A stretch of DNA of 64,000 bases from the human T2T-CHM13v2.0 reference genome, Homo sapiens. Where the stretch lies: assembly GCF_009914755.1 (NCBI RefSeq), contig NC_060925.1; one strand, given 5' to 3'. Positions 49,275-64,000 of the stretch are shown piece by piece (position 1 is the stretch's first letter; each line of letters starts with the position of its first letter). The notes below the pieces were generated by a model. That model searched no databases and was not told where the DNA came from. It was given only the letters and a program-made list of their open reading frames with translations. A program made the translations under genes and the position numbers.

Positions 49275-52200
49275 AATGGAAATTTAACAACATATCCTTA
49301 AACAACCAATGGGCCAAAGAAGGTATCAAAAGAGAAATCATAAAATACTTTGAGATAAATGAAAATGACACAACATACCAAAACGTATGAGCTGTAGATA
49401 AAGCCATGCTTAGAGGGAAATTTTAGCTATAAATGCCTATGTCAAGAAACAAGATCCCAAAATCAATAACCTAACTTTCCACCCTAAGATACTAGAAAAA
49501 AAGAACAAACTAAACTCTGGAGTCCTGATGAGATAAGTAAGCAACAATGAAAAGGGGTCCCAGGTGGGGGAGAACAATTGTTCCAAGAGACAGCTAATCA
49601 TAGACAACTCTAATCACAGACAACTTGCTGGCACAACATCCTGTTCCCAAATACCTCGCTCTGTACACAGCCCCAGCAGCAAGACCTCGTTCCACATAGC
49701 CCACTCCAAGCATGAACCTATAAAACTCCCCTCCAGCACCTGCCTCTTGGCAGACAGCCCCTTCTCTGCTGTGCTACTTGTTGCACCCTTGCAACATATC
49801 TTTGTACTTTCTCTAATAAATCTGCCTTTCTTTACTACAACTGTCTTGGTAAATTCTTTAACCACCCAGAACGCTGGCCCCAGTCAGTCACAACTGCAAT
49901 AGAAACCTAAACCAATTAGAAGGAAATAAATAATTAGAGTGTTAATTAATGAAATAGAGAACAGAAAAACAATAGAGAAGATCAATGAAACTAAACGCTC
50001 ATCCTTTGGAAAGTCAACAAAACTGACTAATATCCAGCTAGTGTGGCCTAGAAAAAAAGAGAGAAGACTCACATTACTAGAATCAGAAATGAAAGAGAGG
50101 ACATTATTACTAACCTTACAAAAATGAAAAGGATAAACTATGGCAACTATATGCCAACAAATTAAACAACTCAGATAAAATGGACACATTCCTAGAAAGA
50201 TAAAAACTACCAAAACTGACTCAAGAAGAAACAGACAATCTGAGTATATCTATAACACGTGAAGAGTAATAAAAAAAACCTAGCCACAAAGAGAAGCCCA
50301 TGCCTAAATGGCTTCACTGCTGAATTCTACCAAACATTCAAAAAATTAATAACAACTCTTCATAAATTCACCCAAAAAACAAAATAGGAGGGAACATTTC
50401 CCAATTCATTTTATGATGCCATTATTAGGCTATCACCCAAACCAGAAACAAAAAAAAATCACAAGAAAACAACAGATGAATAACTCTCAAATTCTCAACA
50501 AAACACTAAAAAACAAATCTAGCAACATTTACAAAGAATTATACACCATTACTAAGTGGGATTTAACCATGGATGCAAGCTGATTTACCATCTGAAAATC
50601 AATTAAGGTAATACAGCATATTAACAGAATTTTTTAAATCACACGACCATCTCAACAGATGCAGAAAAAAAATTGACAAAAACTCAACAACTCTTTTAGG
50701 ACAAACACACTCAAAAACCAGAAAGAGAAGGGAAATTCCTTAACATGATAAAGGGCATCTACAAAAAATCCACAGCTAACCTAATGTTACTTAACAATGA
50801 AAAACTAGAAGCTTTCCCCCAAAGATGTCCAGTCTCAGTCCTTCTATTCAGTACTGTCCTGGAGGGTCTAGCCAAAGGAATTAGGCAAGAAAAGGAATAA
50901 AAGGCATCCAGATTGGAAAGGAAGAAGTAAAACTATCTCTATTTGCAAACAACATAGTCTTGTATATAGAAAATCCAAAGGAATACATCAAAAAATTATT
51001 GGAACTAATAGTTTCATCAAGGTTTCAGGATACAAGATCAGCATTCAAAAATCATTGTATTCCTATACAGTTGCAAAGAACAGCACAAAAATGGAATTAA
51101 GAAAACAATTATATGCCTAATAGCATCAAAAGGAATAAAATGCTTAGAAATAAACAAGTATAAAACTTACAGTCTGAAAACTATAAAACATTGTTTAAAG
51201 AGATTAAAGATCTAAAATGGAAAAACATTCCATGCTCATGAATGGAAGACTTAATATTGTTAGGATAATATTCCCCAAACTGATCTACAGAAATGCATAA
51301 ACTTTATCTTTGTAGAAATTCACAAGTTAATTCTAAAATTCATATGGAATTGCAAGAAATCCATAATAGCCAAAGCAATCCTGAGAAACAAGAGGAGCCC
51401 TCCTAAAGTAGGAGCCCTCAATCTTCCTGATTTGATTTCAAAACTTACTACAAAACAATGGTAATCAAGACAGTGTGGAACTGGCAAAGGTCAGACATAT
51501 AGATCAACAGAATAAAACTGATGGTAGAAAAATAAACCAATACATTTATAGTCAGTTGATTTTTTACAAGAATGCCAAGACCATTCAAAGTAGAAAGAAT
51601 ACTCTTTTCAACAAATGGTGCTGAGAAACTGAATATCCATGTACAAAACAATGAAATTGAACCCTTACCTCACACTGCATATAAAAGTAATTCAAAACTG
51701 ATCAAAGACCTAAATTTTAAAACAATGGCGTTATAAAATGTTTAGAAGTATAGGCCAAATCTTTATAACCTAGGATTTTGTAAAGCTTTCTTAGATTTAA
51801 AAAAAAATGAACAAAAAAAAAATGAAAAATTGGACTTGCTCAAAATTAAAACTTTTATACTTCAAAGAACAACATCAAGAAAATGAAAAGACAACCCACA
51901 GAGAACTATAAAATATCTGCAAATCATATATTTAACAAAGGATTTGTATCTAAAGTATGTAAAGAACACTTACAGCTCAATGATTTAAAAAAACAATTAA
52001 AAAATAGACAAAGAATCTGAATAGCCATTTCTCTAAAGATGCACAAATGACTAATAAAGCACAGGAAAAGATGCTCTACATTAATACTCATCAGAAAAAT
52101 GCAAATCAAAGCCACAATAAGATGCCATTTCAGACCCAACAAGATGGCTAGAATCAGAGTCAGATGACAAATGTTGATGAGGATGATGACAAATGTTGAT

Positions 52201-52425
52201 GAGGGGAATCAGAACACTCATATACTACTGGTGAGAATGTAAATTGGTGCAGTTGCTTTGGAAAACAGTTTGGCAGTTCTTCAAATGATTAAACATAGAG
52301 TTATCATATGATCGAGAAATATGTTACTCCTAGGTATATACACCCAAGAGAAATGAAAACATACATTCACACTGAAACCTGTACAAGAATGTTTATTACA
52401 GCATTATCTGTAATAGCCAAAAGGT
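49275..52425 (+). mobile_element. Degenerate L1 (L1M/L1MB-like) ORF2 region, antisense to LRRC40
   Basis: A-rich ORF2 remnants (INEIENRKTIEKINETK...; aaaggcatccagattggaaaggaagaagtaaaactatctctatttgca; ttcaacaaatggtgctg) with many stops. Confidence 0.9.
49516..49901 (+). mobile_element. Solo ERV LTR (LTR47-like) nested in the L1
   Basis: Interrupts colinear L1 sequence; contains cctataaaa (TATA) and aataaa; 5-bp TSD taaac/gaaac. Confidence 0.7.
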
Positions 52426-52464
52426 CTTTCTGATCTACTAACTCAGTCACCATTTGTTCACTTA

Positions 52465-52811
52465 TGCTATGGCCTAAATGTATGTGTTACCCCAAATTTC
52501 CTATGTTGAAATCTAACCACCAAGGTAACAGTATTAAGAGGTAGGGCCTTTGTAAAGTAACTAGATATTGAGGGCAGAACCCTCATGAACGGGAATAGTG
52601 CCCTTATAAAAGAAGTCTTGGGGGCTCATTAACCTCCTCTTGCCATCTGAAAGCATGGAGAAGGTGCCATCTATGAGAAACAGGTCCTTACCAGACACCA
52701 AATCTGCTGGTGCTTTGATCACAGTTCTCTAGAACCATGAGCAATAAATTTCTGTTATTTATAAATTACAGTCTAAGATATTTTATTATAGTAGCCCAAA
52801 CTGACTAAACA
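52465..52811 (+). mobile_element. MLT1A-type MaLR LTR
   Basis: tgctatgg..taaatg...tatgttgaaatctaa...aataaatttctgttatttataaatta...agcccaaactgactaa.aca. Confidence 0.8.
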
Positions 52812-53953
52812 ACTCACTTTCCAATGTCCACATGTTTATTATTTTATTTTTCCCCCATTCTCCCTATCTTTATGGAAGTACACCTTTAAAACATTTCCAT
52901 TACCAATTTTCTTTTTGTGGGGTTTCTGGAAAGAATAAAATTATATGCATGGATTCACTCTCCCATCTTTGGATAGAAGCTGTCTAGCAGAAATGTTTGC
53001 ATATAACTGTAACTTCCACTAAGTTCATCTTGGCTTTCTGTTCATAAAATTTTGATCAGTCTGACATGACCTCTAACTGATTCATGACAGAATAATCAAT
53101 TTGTTCTGGAAGAGAAAGCATATTTGGAGAAGGAAACACTTTCCTTGGTAGAAAATAAGAGTCTTAGAAAATTATTTTAATAATTCACTTGAAGGATAAA
53201 GTAGAAAAAATAGCTAAACTACACAATTATCTTACTCATTTAATATATGTTGACTGGCAACATAGTGCTAAGCTAAGCTATGCATAACCAACAGAGTTGT
53301 GAGGTAAATTAACAGCTACTGCATTTAGCCATTATGTTTTGGAGTGGTTTGTTTCTTAGCATAGCACTCGTACAACTACTTTTTTTTTTCAAAATGTTTT
53401 AGTTTATTCTATAATGATAGACATGAAACAAAAATTGGGTATATGACATGTTTAGTGAATTATTAAAAATTAAGTTTATTGTATTATTTTCACTTTTGGT
53501 ACATGTTCTTGCTAAATTAACATACCCTGAAAAGTATGTTTTGTCTTAAATTTTGTCAGAGTTTAGCAAAGCTGTGCACGAAAAATAGATAATGAAATAC
53601 TTGTCAATATACTTTCTAGTCAATAGAACCCATATATCCTGAAAGTCAAGTTTTACTCCTTTTTCAAAGTTGAAGTACTAAGTGCTTACTGAATCTTTTT
53701 TGTTAAATTTCCTAATTGGCAGACTTAACACAATTCAAAGGGATTACAGATAGTACATTATTATTGTGAGTTTAAAGATATTTTTATAACCTCAGCATAC
53801 TTACAGACTATATGGATTTAGAATTAGAGCCACACATGCCAGGATCTATTACTTCCAAATATGTATACCCAAAAGACATTTAAATTTATGTACTATTAAT
53901 TCTTCACCACTTTTTATGAATCCTTCAAAATATAAGAGAACATTTTAAAGTAC

Positions 53954-53999
53954 CTTTGATCTTGCTTCGTAGATATTTTAGGACTTCTTGTGTTCCTTT
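53954..53999 (-). CDS. LRRC40: LRRC40 exon 9
   Basis: 46 nt, ttctAG/GTac; KGTQEVLKYLRSKIK(D). Confidence 0.93.
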
Positions 54000-54056
54000 C
54001 TAGAAGGGTGGAGACAAAGACATTCACCAAGACATGCTTTGCAGTTTTACAGATCA

Positions 54057-54272
<216 letters not shown>

Positions 54273-54833
54273 TCATATGGCAAACAACATATCACAGAAT
54301 AGTCTCAAAGAAAGGCCAAGTAATGCAGACCTAAAACATTTCCTTTCAAGATAAATGCTAAACATATAAAGGAAAAATCAGATTTGTTTTCAAAATTGTC
54401 ATGCTGAGATTAATTTTAAAAAAGTGAGCTATAAAACATTTGTTAAATTATAACATTTGCTAAAAAAGTAAATGTTAAACATAAATTTGAATGAATCAGT
54501 GATTCAAGATAGACATCCTCACTGATACCAAATGTTTTGATTTTGCACTTAGAGCAAGGAAACAAAATTCTAATTGAAAAAAGATGACAAATAGAAAAAG
54601 ATAATTTTTGAATGTCCAATTCATGTTTCCATTCAATAAAGAAAGTCATCTTCATCTCTGGCACATTTTAAAAACCATTCATACATAAAAATTCAATATC
54701 AATAAAATCTATTAAGCATCTACAAAATATAGGGCACTGGTATAGCGATATCAAGATTCTTGTTCTCAAGTCCTCAGTTAAACAAAGGAAAAAAACACAT
54801 ACAGCTAACTAAAATATAATAAGTATTATCTTA

Positions 54834-55430
54834 CAATGCTGGTGGGAATATAAAATAGTACAGTCACTTTCGAAAGTGGAGTCTTTTAAACATATGGTCA
54901 CTATACAACTAAGCAAACACACTGCTACACGTTTACTCAGGAGAAATGAAAATAATGTCCACACAGAAACTTGCACACAGATGTTTACAATAGCAAAAAA
55001 TCAAAAACAACTCAAATGTCCATCAACTAACTACTGAAAAGACACATGAACTGCGGTATATCTATCTCTGTACAACAGAATAACACTCAGCAATAAAAAT
55101 AAAACTACTGATACATACAACCACATGAATCACAAAAACTTTATGTTACATGAAAGAAGCCAGACACAAAAACTACATTCTATGTAATTCCATTTATGTG
55201 ACATTCTAAAAAGGACAAAACTATAGTAACATAGCACATTAGTGGTTGCCAGGGGTTGGGGTATGGAAAGGGAATTGACTGCAAAAGGTATGAGGAAACT
55301 TTTTAGGGAGATAGAAATGTTCTACATGGCTGTGATTACGGTTACACAAATATATACCTTTGCCAAAAATCATCAAGTTGTATGCTTGATTGGTAAATTT
55401 TATTGTATATAAGTTACATATTAACAAATG
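54834..55430 (+). mobile_element. Old L1 3' end (L1MB/ME-like)
   Basis: gctggtgggaatataaaatagtacagtcacttt...aaagaagccagacacaaa...tagtggttgccagggg. Confidence 0.78.
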
Positions 55431-55762
55431 AATATGATATAAAAAGCATATATAATAAGACAAATGCTAAACAAGTCATGTTGCTATGAGAGTAGAAATA
55501 TAGACACTGGTGGGGCTTTACAGGGGAGAAGGGAGTAGCAAAAACCGGATTTGGGCTTAAAGTGAAAAATCAAATACTATTAGGCAAAAAAAAAGCATTC
55601 TAGGGTAAAGGAATAAAACAAAGAAAGGGTTGGTATATTTATAGCTCAATGTAGTCAGAGAGCAAGACACCTGCATGAGCGAAAGATGACAAATGATAAA
55701 TTAAGTCTGATTGTAAGGCACCCTTGAATGTCAGGCTAAAAAGTCTAGAGTTTATCTTACAA

Positions 55763-55960
55763 TATGGTGGTTCCCAATTAATTGCTGGTTGGAAGACCAG
55801 AAGCATCAAATTCTAGGAACTGTTTTAAAGAAAACAAAGAACAAAAATTCTAGGGTCCCGTCATCAGAGATTCTGATTCATTAGCGTCCCAGAATCAGTA
55901 TTTTTTCTTAATGTTTCTCAAATGATTCTAAAACGTACCCATATTTGGGAAACAGTGCTA
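55763..55960. mobile_element. MER5-type hAT fragment
   Basis: ggtggttccca...cagagattctgattca...aatgattcta...tttgggaaac. Confidence 0.55.
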
Positions 55961-56297
55961 TGGCAAGGCTTTTAAAGTAAATTCATTCCAGCGTTCTTAG
56001 AATTTAGTTCTAGGGGGTAACTAGAACTAAATTTTACTCTAGTAAGAGTAATAATACTAATACTAATGATAATCTAGTTAGAGTAAGTCATAAATATGTC
56101 TGCTTCTATTATCATATCAAGCTTGCTGTTAAAGACAAAACCTAATTAATCTTTATCTGTACATAACTACTGCTCAATCAATATTTAGTGAATTCAATTT
56201 AGAAAAAAGGAACCTCTTGGTTTTTTAACAAATATTTCAAATTATGAATTATAACCAAATACAAACACAATTTCTATTCATTTGATATTTAAACTTA

Positions 56298-56471
<174 letters not shown>

Positions 56472-56739
56472 CTACAAAATCAAAGATGAGTTATGTGTAT
56501 CTCTGTATTCAATTTTATAGTAGATAATGAAAATAAAATTGTAGGTACTCTTAATTTCAAGTGATTGAAAAACACATAGAAAAAATGCAACTTTATAAAT
56601 ATCAAGATGTTTAAATTTTCAATTATATTTAGGCTATCTTTCAGCTAAAGAAGAATGGCAAATGAGAAAATTTTTTGGCAATTTAAAAATAATTAAACTT
56701 TGAATCTGGCAGAAACATCAAGTTTATAAAACCAAAGTA

Positions 56740-57101
<362 letters not shown>

Positions 57102-57153
57102 CTACTTGCAAAACAAAGTAATATCAGTTTTTTAAAAAGTTATTGATATTATG

Positions 57154-58253
<1,100 letters not shown>

Positions 58254-58699
58254 CAGTTGATCCTTGAATGACAATGGGTTTTAGGTTTGAACTGCACAGG
58301 TCCACTTATATGTGGATTTCCTTCCACCTCTGCCATCTCTGAGACAGCAAGACCAACCCCTTCTCTTCCTCCTCCTCAGCCTACTCAACACGAGGACAAT
58401 GAAGATGAAGACCTTTATGATGACTGACTTCCATTTAATTAATAGTAAACACATTTTCTCTTCCTTATGATTTTCTTAATAAGATTCTTTTCTCTAGCTT
58501 ACTTTATTGTAAGAACATAGTACATAATACATATGGCATACAAATTATGTGTTAACCATTTGTTCATGTTATTGGTAAGGCTTCTGGTCAACAGGAGACT
58601 ACTACTAGTTAAGTTTTTGGGGAGTCAAAAGCTACACACAGATTTTCAACTCCATGGGGGTCAATGCCTATAACCTTTGCATTGTTCAAGGATCAACTG
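58254..58699 (+). mobile_element. Tigger2a, complete
   Basis: TIRs cagttgatccttgaa / ttcaaggatcaactg followed by TA. Confidence 0.85.
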
Positions 58700-59327
58700 T
58701 AATCAGTTTGTTACCTAACATTTTCATTAGTGATTATTTTATATACTGATTTGCCATTAATAGAAACTATAATTATCAGATGGAAAATTATTCTTATTAA
58801 AGGAAAACTTTTTCAGTTCATTTTATATATCATCACTCTGTTTAAAATAAACTCTTTTAACACTAGAGCTTAAAGGTATATATAAAAAAGGCAAATCATG
58901 GCAAATTTACAAGACACCATTAATTCTACACACTTAAAGCCAAAAGAATGTAATTCATTTCAAACATACTTGATTATGATTAGGTAAAGGTGAGAGGTGA
59001 CACTTTATAGAATTAGGTACATAATCCTGGTTGGTATTCCAGGTCTCCTACTTACAATTTTAGCCTCTTTATCTACTACTTCTCCAGTTATGAACTACTT
59101 GTCAGATGAAATGGACAAATCTCTATTTTTTAAATTATTTCTTTTAAAAAATGTATTACTAAAAATACCATTAATGTAAGTAATCATATTAAAATTCTGA
59201 AAAGTATTAACATAGGAAAAACACAGTACTTATAACTAATACACACTCCCAATGTAAAACAAGATTAGCTCCTTTAAAAATGCATTTTAATAATTAACTT
59301 TTGGAAAATATAGTTATTTAATAATCA

Positions 59328-59495
<168 letters not shown>

Positions 59496-59666
59496 TCAGT
59501 AAAAAACAAAAATAGAGAAAAAAAAATTAGTTTCTGATCGTATACAACTTTAAAGAATGTGTAAGAAATCGCTATGAGGACTTATGAACCTGTGCCATAT
59601 AATCAAGAATATTCAAACACCACTGAATTAAATAAATGTAAATTTTTCTACATTTAATTATAATTA

Positions 59667-59956
<290 letters not shown>

Positions 59957-60596
59957 TTTAACAACAGTCCCGGTCATTTTTGTAATACATTTAAAAATAA
60001 AGTTCTGGTACTCTGTTAAAGTACAACTAAATGTACTCTGTGTAACAGCTTAAAAGTATCATTGTCATGGCTGAGAAACAAAAGCATCTGGTCATTAATA
60101 ACACTGGATATTAGAAAAATTACTATAAACTCAAATGTATTTTTAAGTTGATTTATCAACTTAAGTTGAGATGTTCCTATCTCTCAAGATATTTCCACTC
60201 AATTTATGAAAAAAGTCCATGCTGCTTATGTCTTCGTTCTAGATATATTTTACATTTAGCTGCTCTTTATAATATCCTTATTGAAAAAAATGACAAATAC
60301 AGCAAAATCTTAACTATTGGTATCCCAGGTAAAGACTCCCCTAAAATGTCAATTTGATTTAGGGCAGATTTAACTTATTTTAAAACTCCAATTTTAAACA
60401 ACAAATAACTATTAATCTAAAGCAAAACAACACAATTTTAGAAATTTACCTCAAAACTATCTGCAATTGAATGCAGGCAATCATTTCTATGACTTGCCAA
60501 ACAAAAGGGAGGTTTTAAAATTGAAGAAGGCTTACAAATGATCAGAAAAAAAAAAGGCTAACCATCAACCAAGAAATAGTTACAAAATAACAGTTT

Positions 60597-60929
60597 TTTT
60601 ATTAATTTATTTTATTTTATTTTTTGAGAGAGAGAGAAGAGGTCTCACTATGTTGCCCAGGCTTCAGTGTAGTGGATATTCAAAGGGGCAATCCCACTAT
60701 TGATCAGATGGGAGTTTTGACCTGCTCTGTTTCTGACCTGGGTTGGTTCACCCCTCCTTAGGCAACCTGGTGGTCCCCCACTATGGGAGGTCACCATGAT
60801 GCTGCTGAACTTATGTGGATACCCGATTGGCATAGCGCACTACAGCCCAGAACTCCCTAGGCTCAAGCGATCCTCCTGCCTCAGCCACCTGGGTAACTGG
60901 GACTACAGACACAAGCCACAGTGCCTGGT
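60597..60929 (-). pseudogene. Full-length 7SL (SRP RNA) processed pseudogene in LRRC40 intron 5 (possibly RN7SL242P, from memory)
   Basis: Alu-domain ends plus the S-domain sequence absent from Alus (ggttcacccctccttaggcaacctggtggtccc...gggaggtcaccat). Degenerate poly(A) tail and TSD aataacagttt at 60586-60596 and 60930-60940. Confidence 0.92.
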
Positions 60930-61518
60930 AATAACAGTTTCTTTAAACAAACAAACAAAAAAATCACTAATGATTTTAGACTCTTAAGAATTTTATATTG
61001 AAGTATACTAATTTAAAAGGTACTAAAATGTACCTTGACTTTTTTAATCCCTTAATGTTAGTTCTACAATACTTCAGATATTATGGTTTGATGGCAAATT
61101 TTAACAGAACCAATAAATTTTGACATTTTGGTTCTTTTAAAAAAGATTGACAACCTGGGACCTCAGACAAAACAAGACTTATTTCTCGACATTATTACTT
61201 ATGGACCATGAGGAGGCTACAGCTATAATACAACTAAATATCATAGGTAGATTCACCAGTAAGAGGGGACTAACCTCTTTATGAATGTTGAATGAATGAA
61301 TGAAAGACAGTATAGCTTAGGTATATAATCCTACTACAACGAATAATCATATTTTCTTCTTTTTCATATGCCTAAGTATCTTTATGATGGTATTTCTTTA
61401 GACAGTTGATACATAATAATGGTCTGGAGAAAATCTGACTAGTTGCTATTGTTTGCATTTACCACTATAAAAATCTACTACTTTAGTTCTCTGTAACTAT
61501 ATTAAAAATTACTTTCTA

Positions 61519-61788
<270 letters not shown>

Positions 61789-62757
61789 TTACAACATAAA
61801 AGAGACTACTTAAGATGTGATAAGTTGTGTAACTCTCATTCACTGAAAATTTCACAGATCATCATTCATTTCAAGATTGATTTTCAATATCTGCAGGCCC
61901 ACTATATGTTCATCAATGGTAGTAGACAGGATATAAATGAATTCTAACTTCAAAAATATTTTACATAACGGATTCTGTTAAAACAAAGTCATGCCATATT
62001 ATGCATCATATTTTCAATGCAAAAATTCATGTATTCATCCAATATTTATGAAGTGCCTAAGAAGAATTAGGCATATTATTAATAAACTGTCATGTGAAAT
62101 GAAAAACATCTTTGCAAGAAAGAAAAATTCCTGAGAAAAGGAAAAATGAAGCTGAAAAAAACGGCCATTCAAATTTTTGAGGAAAAAAAAATATTTTCTA
62201 TTGGTTCTTCTGCTGACCTCAGAAAGTCAGATCTGATTGGTACCAGAAGTCTACCCTCTACTCTTCATTCACTCAAGATTGCTTAATTAATCGCTATACC
62301 TCCTGTTTCTTTAAATGATTATGTTTGCTTTTTCTTTAAATAGTTTTAAGAGAACTTTTTTTTGAAACTCCCTTTAAAAGACGTTGTTATGAATCAGGTA
62401 ATTTTTATAACACTCAAATTAGGTGTAAATTGCTCCACTACATAACAGCAAAGTGTTAAGCAGTGTCAATGGCAACAATGAATAAGATTTTCATTTAATA
62501 TAACATTAAACAACCTAACACTAAACAATTCATTTAATCTAACAGTAACATTTTGTAACTCTGAAGAAACCAAGAAGATAGAAAAAGGTAAAAATACTGG
62601 ATCAAATCTTTTTTTAAAAACATACTGTTATAATTATTTTATAACAATATATTATCATAATCTACAACATACAACATAACATATTCTACAACTCTAATAC
62701 TAAAAACTCTAAGAATCAAAAGATTGCTAATAAATATTTTGTAGTATCAAAAGTTAC

Positions 62758-63000
62758 TAACACTAAATGCAATGTGGTATCCTGCATTGGACTCTGAAAC
62801 AAAAACAAGGACATTAGTGGAAAAACTGGGAAAATCTAAATAACGTCTGCAGTTTAATTAGTATTGTACCAATGTGAACATCTGAGTGTTCCTGTGGTTA
62901 TATCAATATTAACATTAAAGAAAGTTGGATGTAGGGTATATGAGAACTCTTTTACTATATTTGCTTTTCTATAAACCTAAAATTATTCTAAAATAAAAAG
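62758..63000 (+). mobile_element. Old L1 3' end (L1MC/ME-like)
   Basis: ctaaatgcaatgtggtatcctg.attgga...ggacattagtggaaaaactgg...aaaattattctaaaataaaa. Confidence 0.75.
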
Positions 63001-64000
63001 CCTAAAATAAAAAGTTACTAACAAAAAACTTAATTCAGAAATTGTCAAAGCATTTTTAAAAACCCAAATAATTCTAATAAACCCCCTTGTAAATTCTACA
63101 TAAAATTACTAATAAAGTTAAATAATTACTGCAGTTAGTAATTGTTAGATATAAAACATAAATACACTATATAAATTAATCCATATTTATGCCAAGTCAT
63201 TCCTTTAACAAATAATTAGTTGCATTGTGCTAAGCAGTTTTTATACAAGTTTAAGAAATATTACTAGTTTAAATTATAGGTGTTTAATCTGTTTTAATAT
63301 ATTGTTGCTCACATTTATGATTTGATACTGAGTCTGTAGAACACAATTCTGAAATGAAACATTCTTTCATTATGTAAACGAGTCTCTGGGAACATGTGGG
63401 TGGATAGTAGAAATTTTATTTATTTTAAATTTTCCTTTCAGCTCTCAACTCCAAATGGACTCTTTTAAATCAACTGCTACCTTTTACCACCAATTTTTAT
63501 AAGAAAATCTGATGGCTTCCTCCTTTGCCATTCATTTTATCTACCTATGCCTTTTACTTATTTCCCATCTGATCATTTGGAAAGACAAGAAGACACTGAA
63601 GGAATGGTTGAGAAGAGTATATATTTTGACTTTTAAACTCTAGAACAAATGAGGGAAGTATCAAGGAGGATGTACACACAGCAAAAATAGAAAAGGAGTA
63701 ATTTCTTCCTTTAATGAAAAGCAAGCTAAAATGACAGGAGTTTTCCAAAACATGTAAGAGGGAAAAGAATAACAATGCAATATGAATTAACTATGTGGAG
63801 TAGATATTATATATTAGTACCTTCGATTTAATACAGCTAAAGTCTTTCAGATGGTATAGCCTGCAGTGGAATCTTATTCCTTTGGTGGTAAAATGGAAAA
63901 AAAAAAAGAGATGGATACACTTTGGAGTTAAATTGACTTACACTCAAATTCTAATTTTGTTACTTGTTAGTTGTGTTACTTTTGACAAATTTTCTTTTCT

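Noticed and set aside
49275-52425. Potentially active L1 reverse transcriptase
   Set aside because: Heavily disrupted by stops, frameshifts, deletions and an LTR insertion.

Overview
This is AT-rich, Alu-containing primate genomic DNA. An AluYa5 insertion indicates human. I recognise it as the convergent LRRC7/LRRC40 locus (chr1p31, from memory). The + strand carries the last coding exon of LRRC7 (densin-180; end of the PDZ domain, 2278-2385), a proximal poly(A) signal at 3961, and probably a ~22.5 kb extended 3' UTR ending near 24860. The - strand carries 11 coding exons of LRRC40 (numbered 5-15 from memory; 61698 down to the stop at 26289). All splice junctions were checked by hand as GT-AG and in frame, and the 3' UTR ends near 25300. 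The rest is ~24 Alus, a full-length 7SL retrocopy, L1/L2/MIR remnants, MaLR/ERVL LTRs and DNA transposons (MADE1, MER82, MER44, Tigger2, MER5). Most ORFs in the supplied track are Alu-derived or spurious. I found no evidence of a new gene or prokaryote-type system. The most notable items are: the giant Alu-containing 3' UTR; the two poly(A) sites separated only by one Alu; a head-to-head Alu pair sharing a private deletion; a tail-to-tail Alu pair ~25 bp apart; an Alu monomer abutting a splice donor; and a diverged ~78 bp direct repeat bracketing an in-frame exon. Repeat subfamily names come from recalled consensus sequences and need RepeatMasker/Dfam confirmation.
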